Shown here piece by piece: positions 48,177-57,585 of a stretch of DNA of 64,000 nucleotides. The notes under the pieces are model-generated. The model worked only from the letters and a program-made list of their open reading frames with translations, had not been told where the DNA came from and ran no database searches. The stretch spans positions 3,488,001-3,552,000 of the forward strand of contig CBDHHL010000032.1 in assembly GCA_965263355.1 (NCBI GenBank). Direction: 5' to 3'. The stretch comes from Leptolyngbyaceae cyanobacterium (GTDB taxonomy: Bacteria; Cyanobacteriota; Cyanobacteriia; Phormidesmidales; Phormidesmidaceae). Numbering within the stretch: position 1 is the stretch's first letter; every line of letters begins with the position of its first letter. The position numbers and the translations under genes are program-made.

Positions 48177-48226
48177 TTAATCACGTCCAAATGGCAAAAC
48201 TCAACTCTGGACGTAAATAAAAGTTA
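48177..48226 (-). repeat. internally deleted copy E of the MITE-like repeat
   Basis: Reverse complement TAACTTTTATTTACGTCCAGAG...TTTGGACGTGATTAA. Confidence 0.55.
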
Positions 48227-48396
48227 TCTCAATACTCTAAGGTGAAAACTTCAATAGATGCTGCTAAAAGCGATGTTACTTATCAATATGTTGACGGTAT
48301 TTATATTTCCAGCAGCTATAACGCTGGAATTGTTTAACCTCTGGTGACAGAGATTTCGAATTTGCTTTTATAGATAACTATTAGATATCCCTCATT

Positions 48397-49107
48397 TTAA
48401 GAGTCTTTTTCAGATTGACCCATGGAACTTCCATTATTTAGGGGTTCTCGATGGGGGAAAAGTGCTGTTAACAGGCTATTTAAGTGATCACGACCATAAA
48501 CAGACTTTTTTGGGGTTGACATCGCCGATATACTGTCGCTGCTAGATCTATCGTTAGATGCAGCTCCATTTGATGACGGCTCTGGAGTTTCTACATCAGG
48601 CACATTGACAGCCTTGGGAGCAACAGATTGGGGTTGAACCGTGGGCGTAGTCCTTGGGGGCACTGGCATTGAGGGCACTGGGTTTTGCTCGGACTGAAAA
48701 TTAGGTGCTTGGAAACTAGAGGCCTGACCATTTTGATCAGTCGTTACCCTTTCTGAAGATGCCTGGGCTTCGATAAGAGAGCAGGGCGGGATGATGGTAT
48801 TTGGTGCGATCGCAGGATTAATCAAGGTACTAGACGGCCCCACACAAGCGTCTTTACCCACATGGCCATGGCCCACAATCAACACCCCTGTACCCAGACT
48901 GACACCAGTCTCAATATATAGACAACCTTGCTTGGCCTGGATGACGACACCAGCCCCCACACAAACACCTGGCCCGATGCGAATAGCTGCTTTGGGTGCA
49001 GCTCTAAACACTACACCCGGTGCGATCGCTGCGGTTGCATCCACAATAACGTCGCCGCCGCGATAGTAATGGGTATGACTCACAAACTCTAGAGGCGAGG
49101 GTTCCAT
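48397..49107 (-). CDS. ccmN: carboxysome assembly protein CcmN
   Basis: Hexapeptide beta-helix N-terminus, Pro/Ser linker, encapsulation peptide VYGRDHLNSLLTALFPHR. Confidence 0.92.
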   Translation of the reverse strand: MEPSPLEFVSHTHYYRGGDVIVDATAAIAPGVVFRAAPKAAIRIGPGVCVGAGVVIQAKQGCLYIETGVSLGTGVLIVGHGHVGKDACVGPSSTLINPAIAPNTIIPPCSLIEAQASSERVTTDQNGQASSFQAPNFQSEQNPVPSMPVPPRTTPTVQPQSVAPKAVNVPDVETPEPSSNGAASNDRSSSDSISAMSTPKKSVYGRDHLNSLLTALFPHREPLNNGSSMGQSEKDS

Positions 49108-49147
49108 CGCGACGGCCCCAGGGACGAGGGTAAACTAACGAGGTAAA

Positions 49148-51160
49148 CTACGGACGCTGAATCGTTGTTTCCAATACACGACACTTGGCACGGGGGTCAA
49201 TACCTACGAGCCGTACATAGTGGCCAGAGTATTCAGCTAACTGAGCTTTCAGGGCCGCAATTACTTCTGAAGGACGATTGCCATTGATGGGTGTGCCCGT
49301 TTGCCATGCACCGCTACGATAACGGCGTTTGTCGGCATACTCGGTGCTGACCCGATAGCCCTGGTTCACCAGCTGGGTTACCTGCTGGGCCAAATCTGCA
49401 CTGACTGAAGCAGTACTACCGTTATTATTGGCAGCTGGACGGCTATTGCTGCCATAGGATGCAGGCTGTGCACTTGGAGCAGGTGCGCTGACGGCCTGTC
49501 CTGGCTTTTGAATCGTGATCGCCTGACCACGCTGCTTAACCTGCGGATTGATCGCAAAGATACGCACATAATCATTCGCATGGGCCGCTAAGACCTGCTG
49601 GATGGCTGCGATCGCAGAAGATTCGCTGGAAGCCGATATAGCAGGTGCCGTTTGCCAGATACCACTGCGGTACCGACGCTTATCAGCAAATTCAATCCCA
49701 ATCTTCTGACCCTGGGCCAAAATAGAACGAACCTGAGGCACCAGTTCATTACTAGTGACGGGAGCCGCACTATTCTGACTAGTTGTTGGGGCTGCACTAC
49801 TACCGCCAGTCCCAGTTTGGAGTCCTACCGGCTTACCATCACCCCGCTGAATAGTGACCGGCGCTATCCGACACTTAGCAACCGGGTCAATCCCAAACAT
49901 TCGAACATATTCACCCGCATGCTCTGTCAAACAAGCCTGTAGAGCATCCATCGCCTCAGACTCACGGGTCGCCTGAATCGGAGAGCATGTTTGCCAAACA
50001 CCACTGCGATAGCGGCGACGATCAGCATGTTCTGTACCAATCTTGAACCCTTGACGAATCCAAGCACGGACCTGGTTGGCAATGTCACCAGCAATGTTGC
50101 CACTCCCGTTGCTAACAGGTGTTGCCGTTGCCGTAGACGCAACTTTATGCTTACTCGATTCCACTGGCTTACCATCGGGACGTTGTACCGTCATCATGCC
50201 AACACGACGCTTGCCCACAGGGTCAATCCCAAACATACGCACATAGCTATTGGAGTTCTCTGCCATGCAGCGCTCTATCGATGACAACACATCACCTTCG
50301 CGGGTGGACTGCACAGTGGGACAGCTTTGCCAAACACCGCTGCGATAGCGACGCTTGTCGGCATACTCAGCTCCAACTTTGTAGCCCTGAGCTAAAAATT
50401 GACGAACCTGTTGAACAATTTCGGGTGCTAGTGCTTGCATAATATTCATACCAACGTTGTCGGTGGTGGATGGGGTGTGTGGGCTGCTCGCCGAGTGGCG
50501 GGCGGACTGAATCGGTACAGTATTGACTGCACCATCGGGATATCTAAAATCACCTCTCAAGGGTTGGGGTGTGCCGCCAACCTGAGAAGCGCGAGCACGC
50601 TCGCGAATGTGGGGTTCAATAATGTCTTGAACAAGGGCTAAGTCTGCTTCAGTCACCTTGGGTAAAGCATCTGCCTGGGCCTGAGTTGTAATCACAGCAC
50701 CAGATGGCACACATCGCCCCGGCGGAACCTCCACATCCTGAACTAGGGCATGCATCATTACGACTGCACCGGCCCCCAGGCGAGCATTGAAAATTGTTGA
50801 TCTAAACCCCACAAAGCAACCCTGGCCTAAGTAAGCTGGGCCATGGATCAATACCTTGTGGGTCAGCGTGACATTGGGGGATAGCCAAACAGCATAAAGC
50901 TGGCCGTTGTCACCTTGGACACAACCGCTACTAAGACCATGAATAACGACACCGTCCTGAATGTCGCAATGGCTACTGATATAAAAGGGCAATCCCTCAT
51001 CCGCCCGAATCGAAGTACCGGGGGCAATGGATACCTCGGCTCCGATATACACACCACCCACGACCTGCGAAAACGAATGGACGAAGGCAGTTGACTCAAT
51101 CGTTGGCTTAGCCATTGATTGACGCTGGGCAGGGGATGCTACCATGGCATGCTTTACCAT
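49148..51160 (-). CDS. ccmM: carboxysome protein CcmM (gamma-CA domain + four RbcS-like repeats)
   Basis: [19 protein letters not shown]; four E.AD.RRYRSG.WQ repeats. Confidence 0.95.
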   Translation of the reverse strand: MVKHAMVASPAQRQSMAKPTIESTAFVHSFSQVVGGVYIGAEVSIAPGTSIRADEGLPFYISSHCDIQDGVVIHGLSSGCVQGDNGQLYAVWLSPNVTLTHKVLIHGPAYLGQGCFVGFRSTIFNARLGAGAVVMMHALVQDVEVPPGRCVPSGAVITTQAQADALPKVTEADLALVQDIIEPHIRERARASQVGGTPQPLRGDFRYPDGAVNTVPIQSARHSASSPHTPSTTDNVGMNIMQALAPEIVQQVRQFLAQGYKVGAEYADKRRYRSGVWQSCPTVQSTREGDVLSSIERCMAENSNSYVRMFGIDPVGKRRVGMMTVQRPDGKPVESSKHKVASTATATPVSNGSGNIAGDIANQVRAWIRQGFKIGTEHADRRRYRSGVWQTCSPIQATRESEAMDALQACLTEHAGEYVRMFGIDPVAKCRIAPVTIQRGDGKPVGLQTGTGGSSAAPTTSQNSAAPVTSNELVPQVRSILAQGQKIGIEFADKRRYRSGIWQTAPAISASSESSAIAAIQQVLAAHANDYVRIFAINPQVKQRGQAITIQKPGQAVSAPAPSAQPASYGSNSRPAANNNGSTASVSADLAQQVTQLVNQGYRVSTEYADKRRYRSGAWQTGTPINGNRPSEVIAALKAQLAEYSGHYVRLVGIDPRAKCRVLETTIQRP

Positions 51161-51186
51161 TGGCCCATATCCTCCCAAGAGAGCTA

Positions 51187-51489
51187 CTAATTAAAATCCT
51201 CGCGTTTGTTATAAAGCGAGCCAGAATCCAAACTGACGGTGTCAACGATGGCGACAACTGTTGCATCCACTGGACGCTCCTCATAGCCACTATGCTGACG
51301 AGCAGAGCTGCCGCGGGTAACCAGCACCCATTCTCCAGGACCAGCACCCACAACATCCGCTGCTACTTCATAGTCAGGAAGTAAATCACCATTTTCGCTA
51401 ATAAACTGGATCAGCAAAAACTTGACGCCCGTCAGACTTGGCTCTTTGCAGGTACTAACAACCGTGCCACGAACCTTTCCTAGGCGCAT
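51187..51489 (-). CDS. ccmL: carboxysome vertex pentamer
   Basis: [26 protein letters not shown]. Confidence 0.95.
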   Translation of the reverse strand: MRLGKVRGTVVSTCKEPSLTGVKFLLIQFISENGDLLPDYEVAADVVGAGPGEWVLVTRGSSARQHSGYEERPVDATVVAIVDTVSLDSGSLYNKREDFN

Positions 51490-51492
51490 GCC

Positions 51493-51831
51493 CTATCTGC
51501 CGTAGGGACGAATGCCGCTGACACTCTCACGAAACTGTTCAACAGCCTCGGTGTAGCGGATAGGCAAGACAAACTCCAGGTTTTCATGGGGACGAGCAAT
51601 GATGTGAGTAGACAGAGTCTGACCCCCATTAACCCGCTTAACGTTTTCAACGCCAGCCGCAACTGATGCCTGAACCTCAGATACGTCGCCACGAACGATA
51701 ACGGTCACGCGACCACTACCAATCTTTTCATAACCCACAAGGGTTACGCGGGCTGCTTTGACCATAGCGTCAGCCGCCTCTACGACCGCTGGAAAGCCCA
51801 GGGTTTCAACCATTCCTACTGCGATTGCCAT
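51493..51831 (-). CDS. ccmK1: carboxysome shell hexamer with C-terminal extension
   Basis: KIGS pore, 112 aa. Confidence 0.92.
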   Translation of the reverse strand: MAIAVGMVETLGFPAVVEAADAMVKAARVTLVGYEKIGSGRVTVIVRGDVSEVQASVAAGVENVKRVNGGQTLSTHIIARPHENLEFVLPIRYTEAVEQFRESVSGIRPYGR

Positions 51832-51883
51832 CGATTTTTACCTTGGTATGCTACTTGTTGGGACTTAAATTGACATTAAAGAC

Positions 51884-52192
51884 CTAGGTTCTAAACTGTT
51901 CGACTGCTTCGGTGTAGCGAATAGGCAGCACAAACTCCAGGTTCTCGTGGGGGCGAGCGATGATGTGAGTTGAAAGAACTTCACCACCGTTAACGCGCTT
52001 AGCGGACTCAATCCCAGCCGCAACTGACGCCTGAACCTCAGATACGTCGCCACGAACGATAACGGTCACGCGACCACTACCAATCTTTTCGTAGCCCACT
52101 AAGGTTACACGGGCTGCTTTAACCATTGCGTCAGCAGCTTCTACAACAGCGGGAAAACCGCGCGTCTCAATCATTCCTACGGCAATCGGCAT
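51884..52192 (-). CDS. ccmK2: carboxysome shell hexamer
   Basis: KIGS pore, 102 aa, AGGAG RBS. Confidence 0.92.
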   Translation of the reverse strand: MPIAVGMIETRGFPAVVEAADAMVKAARVTLVGYEKIGSGRVTVIVRGDVSEVQASVAAGIESAKRVNGGEVLSTHIIARPHENLEFVLPIRYTEAVEQFRT

Positions 52193-52337
52193 TGTCGTAA
52201 ATCTCCTAGATAAAACAGCTTTCGTTCAAGCATTCGAGTCCCGGAAAAATTGAGTTAAGAATTCTTTTCGAATTGCTTCACACACCGAGACGTATCTTGC
52301 AAACCGTTAGTCTGCAATAACTCCATGACTACAATTC

Positions 52338-52414
52338 AGAATACGAGGGGGTTAGCCGTTTGACAATATAAGTCTCAATGATTGTCTCTAATGTTAAGCA
52401 TTATAAATACTAAT
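52338..52414 (-). promoter_or_regulatory. candidate ccm operon promoter with tandem LysR (RbcR-like) boxes
   Basis: TTGTCA-17 nt-TATTCT; upstream ATTAG-N5-ATCAT (52378-92) and ATTAG-N5-ATAAT (52400-14). Confidence 0.55.
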
Positions 52415-52878
52415 AATTGTTTGCTGCGGAATGTAACTAAAGGTTGCTGCTGGTCATAGTCTTAGTAGCGTCAGCTGCCTGAGTGTAAGCGTTTGCCGAG
52501 TTTAGCTCTAGGGAAATGCTGCAGATGTGGTCAGTAAATATTGAGTAACCATCAGTCGGACTCACCTTGCGTTTGAAGATTATTGATGAATGGAGAAAGG
52601 CTCATATTGGGGGCTATTCATCAGGTACCATTAATAAATATAAGTGATCTTAAAAATAGCCATAGATTTTTATCTGGGCTAAAGGTTGCAATGAAATCCA
52701 ATCTTTGAGTCTTTCATGGGCCTGGTTTTGTGATCGTCCTCACATTACGTAGGTGAGGGATGTTCGAGGTAAGGCTGTGTCGCAGGATTCTGGATCCTAG
52801 ATTCTGGAAATCTGATGCTGAGGATAGTGACGGATTGGCTTAGGGTGTTTATGGGTTGCCAGTGGGCTCTTTGATGGC

Positions 52879-54714
52879 ATGATGCAGGCTCTGATTCAGT
52901 TAAGTTGGCTCATCCCGATATACGGGTTCTTGGGCGTGATTCTGTCTTTGCCCTGGTCTACAGGGATGGTGCAGCGGACCGGGCCTAGGCCAGCGGTCTA
53001 TATAAACATGTTTATGACCTTCCTGGCATTCCTCCATGGCACGTTTGTGTTCATGGGTATTTGGAATGTAGGTGGTGTAGAACTGCAGGTCCCCTGGTTG
53101 CAGGTGGCCGATTTGAGCCTGAGCTTTGATTTAGATTTATCAGTGCTTAACCTTGGAGTTATGGAGCTTTCCACCGGGTTGTCGCTGTTGGCTCAAATCT
53201 ATGGTCTGGGGTACATGGAAAAAGAATGGGCTCTGGCTCGTTTCTTTTCTCTATTAGGCTTTTTTGAAGGAGCCGTCAACGGTGTTGTTCTCAGTAGCTC
53301 CTTCTTTCTGGCGTATTTCTTGTTGGAGATGCTTACGCTCTCAACCTACCTGATTGTGGGCTTTTGGTATGCTCAACCTCTGGTAGTTAAAGCCGCTCGG
53401 GATGCGTTTTTGACCAAGCGAGTTGGCGATATTTTGTTGTTGATGGGGGTACTAGGCCTATCGAGTTGGGCTGGCGACCTGCATTACAACGAGATGTATG
53501 AGTGGGTAAAGACTGCAGATTTAAGCCCTCTAGCGGCAACACTGCTAGGTTTAGCACTGATTGCAGGCCCCACAGGTAAATGCGCTCAGTTTCCCTTACA
53601 CCTGTGGCTGGATGAAGCCATGGAAGGTCCCAGTCCAGCGTCTATCTTGCGGAATTCAGTGGTAATGACCTGTGGGGCCTATGTACTGATTAAGCTGCAG
53701 CCGATTATAATCGTTTCTCCTGTGGGGCTAGCGGCGCTGATTTCCATTGGTACGGTAACGGCGATTGGTGCATCTTTTGTGGCCCTTGCCCAGGTAGACC
53801 TGAAACGAAGTATGTCTTACTCCACCAGTGCCTACATCGGCCTGGTGTTTATTGCAGTTGGGTGTGAGTGGCCTGGTGTGGCCATTGGTCTGTTATTCAC
53901 CCATGCTATTGCTAAAGCGCTGATATTTATGAGTATTGGTGCCATCATCAACAACACTAACTGTCAGGATGTTACTGAATTAGGGGGTATATGGTCCCGC
54001 ATGCCAGCCACAACCATTGCTTACGTTGTGGCTGGTGCTGGCATGGTGGGTCTGTTGCCCCTGGGGGGCTTTTGGGCACTGCAGTTGGGGATTGATTTTC
54101 TCCGTCGCGACTATCCAGAATTGGCTGCTGTGTTTTTGTTGGTAAATATCCTGACTATTTTGAATCTGGTGCGTGTCTTCCGACTGGTGTTTTTGGGTAA
54201 ACCAACCCCTAAAACTCGTCGTTCTCCTGAAGCTAACTGGCTTATGGCTACACCCATGATGGCTTTAGCTATCTTTGTGGTTTTGTTACCTTTTGTAATG
54301 ATGAGGATGGCTCTATTACCGCCTCTGCCTTATTGGAATCCCTGGGTATTTGGATCGCTAATTGTGTCTGGGGTGCTTGGTTTTGCTTTAGGCGTGGTGA
54401 TTCCGCTAAACCGAGCGTTGTCTCGCTCCATGAATCGCAATCTGCGCATGGCGCAGGATTTGTTATCCAAGGATTTCTATACGGAGGAGCTTTACCGCTA
54501 CACAGTGGTCTTTGTCGTTAATAGATTCTCAAAAATTGTTAGCTGGTTTGATCGCTATGTAGTCGATGGGGCAGTCAACCTCGTGGGGATGGCTTCCCTG
54601 ATGGGTGGAGAAGGTTTGAAGTATAGCGTTTCTGGTCAATCTCAGGGCTACATCTTCACCATTGTGTTAGGGGTGAGTCTGCTGGGTTTGTTGATGACTT
54701 GGGCAATGTGGTAG
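52879..54714 (+). CDS. ndhF4: NDH-1 subunit F4 (constitutive CO2 uptake)
   Basis: GKCAQFPLHLWLDEAMEGP; operon with ndhD and a 379-aa Cup protein. Confidence 0.85.
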   Translation: MMQALIQLSWLIPIYGFLGVILSLPWSTGMVQRTGPRPAVYINMFMTFLAFLHGTFVFMGIWNVGGVELQVPWLQVADLSLSFDLDLSVLNLGVMELSTGLSLLAQIYGLGYMEKEWALARFFSLLGFFEGAVNGVVLSSSFFLAYFLLEMLTLSTYLIVGFWYAQPLVVKAARDAFLTKRVGDILLLMGVLGLSSWAGDLHYNEMYEWVKTADLSPLAATLLGLALIAGPTGKCAQFPLHLWLDEAMEGPSPASILRNSVVMTCGAYVLIKLQPIIIVSPVGLAALISIGTVTAIGASFVALAQVDLKRSMSYSTSAYIGLVFIAVGCEWPGVAIGLLFTHAIAKALIFMSIGAIINNTNCQDVTELGGIWSRMPATTIAYVVAGAGMVGLLPLGGFWALQLGIDFLRRDYPELAAVFLLVNILTILNLVRVFRLVFLGKPTPKTRRSPEANWLMATPMMALAIFVVLLPFVMMRMALLPPLPYWNPWVFGSLIVSGVLGFALGVVIPLNRALSRSMNRNLRMAQDLLSKDFYTEELYRYTVVFVVNRFSKIVSWFDRYVVDGAVNLVGMASLMGGEGLKYSVSGQSQGYIFTIVLGVSLLGLLMTWAMW

Positions 54715-54724
54715 GGGGTAGCTG

Positions 54725-56299
54725 ATGCTAAGTGCACTGTTGATAATTCCATTAGTAGGGGCGCTGGTCATTGGTTTTTGGCCCGGTAATCTTACTAGCG
54801 AGCGAGCAAGAAATCTAGGAATTACTTTTTTCGTGATTAACCTGGTAGCAAGCTTGTATGTTTTGAGTCAGTTTGATCTGTCGGTTACAGAACTCCAGTT
54901 TCGAGAGTCTGTTCCCTGGATTGAGCACTTGGGGTTGCGCTATGAGCTGGGTCTCGATGGTCTATCTTTGCCGCTGTTAATCATCAACAGCTTGCTGTCG
55001 TTGATTGCAGTCTATGCCAGTGACAAAGAGATACGTCGTCCGAGGCTATATTACCCGCTACTATTGGTGATTGCCTTTGCGGTGGCTGGGGCGTTTGTAG
55101 CTCAGAATCTTTTGCTGTTCTTTATCTTTTACGAAATTGAGCTGATTCCCCTATACTTGCTAATTGCTATTTGGGGTGGGGAGAAGCGCGGGTATGCTGC
55201 TACTAAGTTTCTGATTTACACGGCGCTTTCTGGAATCTTAATTTTGGCCTCATTTTTGGGTCTGGTGTGGCTCAGTGGTTCTTATAGTTTTGACTACAAT
55301 CCCGCTATGGCTCATGGGTTGCCCTGGATTCAGCAAGCAGTATTGTTGGTTACCCTCTTAATTGGGTTTGGTATTAAGATTCCTCTGTTTCCCCTTCATA
55401 CCTGGTTGCCCGATGCCCACGTACAGGCATCTACACCTGTTTCGGTTTTGTTGGCTGGCGTACTACTAAAGCTGGGTACCTATGGCCTCTTTCGCTTTGG
55501 GGTGGTTACCTTTTCCGAGGTTTGGGTGGATTTGGCTCCTTATCTTGCCTGGTGGGCTGTGGCAAGTGTCCTTTATGGGTCTTTAGCGGCCATTGCCCAA
55601 ACCGACATGAAGAGAATGGTGGCTTACAGTTCAGTGGGGCATATGGGGTATGTATTGCTGGCAGCTTCTGCTTCTAATCCCCTGAGTTTTGTGGGTACTG
55701 TGTTCCAGATGGTGAGCCATGGCTTTATTTCGGCTTTGCTGTTCCTGTTAGTCGGTGTGATTTACAAGAAAACTGGCACTCGGGATATGACAATTCTACG
55801 GGGATTATTAAATCCGGAACGAGGCTTACCTTTTGTGGGCAGTGCTATGGTGCTAGCGGTGATGGCTAGTGCGGGCATTCCTGGTATGGTGGGCTTTATT
55901 TCTGAGTTTATTGTCTATCGTGGTAGTTTTGTTAGCTTTGCACCACAGACGTTGTTGTGTTTGTTGGGGGCTGGTCTAACAGCAGTGTACTTCTTGTTGT
56001 TGGTTAACCGAGCCTTCTTTGGGCGGTTGGCTACGACAGAAACCCGTACAGTTGAACAGGACCCTGTGTTGTCGGCTGTTACCTGGCAGGATCGAGTGCC
56101 TGCTTTGGTATTAGTGGGTTTGCTGTTTGTGTTTGGTCTGAGTCCAAGCTGGATGACTCGCTGGGTGGAACCGACAACAACGGCTATGTATGAGGCTATG
56201 CCGGTTAAGCTGAGAGTATCGTCATATCAGATGTCTGTACCTCTTGCCAATTCTTTAACAGATGTCGCTACCTGTTCGGATGGAGACTGTGCTTTATGA
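54725..56299 (+). CDS. ndhD4: NDH-1 subunit D4
   Basis: KIPLFPLHTWLPDAH, LLKLG, GLLNPERGLP. Confidence 0.85.
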   Translation: MLSALLIIPLVGALVIGFWPGNLTSERARNLGITFFVINLVASLYVLSQFDLSVTELQFRESVPWIEHLGLRYELGLDGLSLPLLIINSLLSLIAVYASDKEIRRPRLYYPLLLVIAFAVAGAFVAQNLLLFFIFYEIELIPLYLLIAIWGGEKRGYAATKFLIYTALSGILILASFLGLVWLSGSYSFDYNPAMAHGLPWIQQAVLLVTLLIGFGIKIPLFPLHTWLPDAHVQASTPVSVLLAGVLLKLGTYGLFRFGVVTFSEVWVDLAPYLAWWAVASVLYGSLAAIAQTDMKRMVAYSSVGHMGYVLLAASASNPLSFVGTVFQMVSHGFISALLFLLVGVIYKKTGTRDMTILRGLLNPERGLPFVGSAMVLAVMASAGIPGMVGFISEFIVYRGSFVSFAPQTLLCLLGAGLTAVYFLLLVNRAFFGRLATTETRTVEQDPVLSAVTWQDRVPALVLVGLLFVFGLSPSWMTRWVEPTTTAMYEAMPVKLRVSSYQMSVPLANSLTDVATCSDGDCAL

Positions 56300-57435
56300 C
56301 CCAAACTATGCCTTCTCAACTAAAAAAAATTCATCCGTTTGCCCATTATGCTGACCGCATTCTTGCTGGTGATACTCTGTTGCCAGATACCCCTGATAAT
56401 GTGGTCGAGGTGATGGGAGCACTGGATAGCTATGGCATTGTTTTAGATTTTTATTCGATTAATCTGATTCACATTGCCGATCATCAGTTTTTGAATCTGT
56501 TTCCCATCTTTAAGTACTTTGATGGTGATATTAATCCGGCGAAGATGTGGCGGCATTTTTGCCATGATCGGATTAATTACGAATATGCTGAATACACCAT
56601 GAAGGCTATGATGTGGCACGGTGGGGGTGGCATGGATGCCTATCTAGATACAGAGGAGTTTCGGGCTAATTGTCAGAGCGCGATCGCAGCCTACATAAAG
56701 TTCAACCCCGTACTACAAATTTTCCATCGCGTCTTCCCTGAGTTCTTAATAGAACAGATTCGTCAGCTTTGTTACTACAGCGGATTGGGGCAATTTTGGC
56801 GAGTCATGAGCGATATTTTTACCTCCTTAGCGGCGCGCTATCGCAACGGAGAAATCGAGCATATTCCCCAAATTGTTGAGCACATTAAGAATGGCTTAGT
56901 GGCAGATGCGGGTCGCCCCATTACTTACAGTGTTGAGATTGGTGGCAAGATGTACGATATTTTGCCGCCTTCAGCGGGGCTCACATTCTTGCCAGATACA
57001 GGCATTCCCTATGTAGAGTCTATTTTCTTCCGGGGGGCTCCTTTCCTCGGCACGGTTTCCTACAATGCCCAGGCCCAGCAAATTTCGCCGGATCAAAGCC
57101 AGTTTACCTACGGGGCTCTGTACGCAGATCCGTTACCCATTGGCGGTAGTGGGATTCCGCCTACATTGCTAATGCAAGATATGTTCCGTCACCTACCGGA
57201 CTATCTGGAAGAGCATTATGTGAAGACCGTACGCGGCTTGGGGGATGTGCGGGTGAAAATTTGTGCCAGTTTCCAACGGTCTATGTTCTGTGTGACAAAT
57301 GCTGCGTTGGTAGGGTTGTTGCCGAAGGGGGCGGATGCCACTGATCCAGACGATATAGCGGTTAATCGCGAGTTTTTGCTGGGTTGGATGGATCGATTAT
57401 CGACGTCTCAATTGGAGGCGGTGCAAACCCCTTAG
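56296..57435 (+). CDS. cupB: CO2 hydration protein CupB (ChpX)
   Basis: HDRINYEYAEY, SYNAQA, IPPTLLMQDM; length fits CupB rather than the longer CupA, and no cupS follows. Confidence 0.88.
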   Translation: MTQTMPSQLKKIHPFAHYADRILAGDTLLPDTPDNVVEVMGALDSYGIVLDFYSINLIHIADHQFLNLFPIFKYFDGDINPAKMWRHFCHDRINYEYAEYTMKAMMWHGGGGMDAYLDTEEFRANCQSAIAAYIKFNPVLQIFHRVFPEFLIEQIRQLCYYSGLGQFWRVMSDIFTSLAARYRNGEIEHIPQIVEHIKNGLVADAGRPITYSVEIGGKMYDILPPSAGLTFLPDTGIPYVESIFFRGAPFLGTVSYNAQAQQISPDQSQFTYGALYADPLPIGGSGIPPTLLMQDMFRHLPDYLEEHYVKTVRGLGDVRVKICASFQRSMFCVTNAALVGLLPKGADATDPDDIAVNREFLLGWMDRLSTSQLEAVQTP

Positions 57436-57449
57436 ACATAGCACCAATG

Positions 57450-57495
57450 CATCTTCCTGTAGGGGCGTTGCAGGCAACGCCCCTACAGGAAGATG
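57450..57495. repeat. 28-bp GTAG palindrome with 9-bp inverted flanks
   Basis: CATCTTCCT-GTAGGGGCGTTGCAGGCAACGCCCCTAC-AGGAAGATG. Confidence 0.85.
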
Positions 57496-57585
57496 GCCGA
57501 AAATTTTTCTTGAGAGTTCCTGAACTCAGACGTTAAATCGCATCAATCAACGTTAGGCTCAGAATATTCGATTTATTACTCGCCT

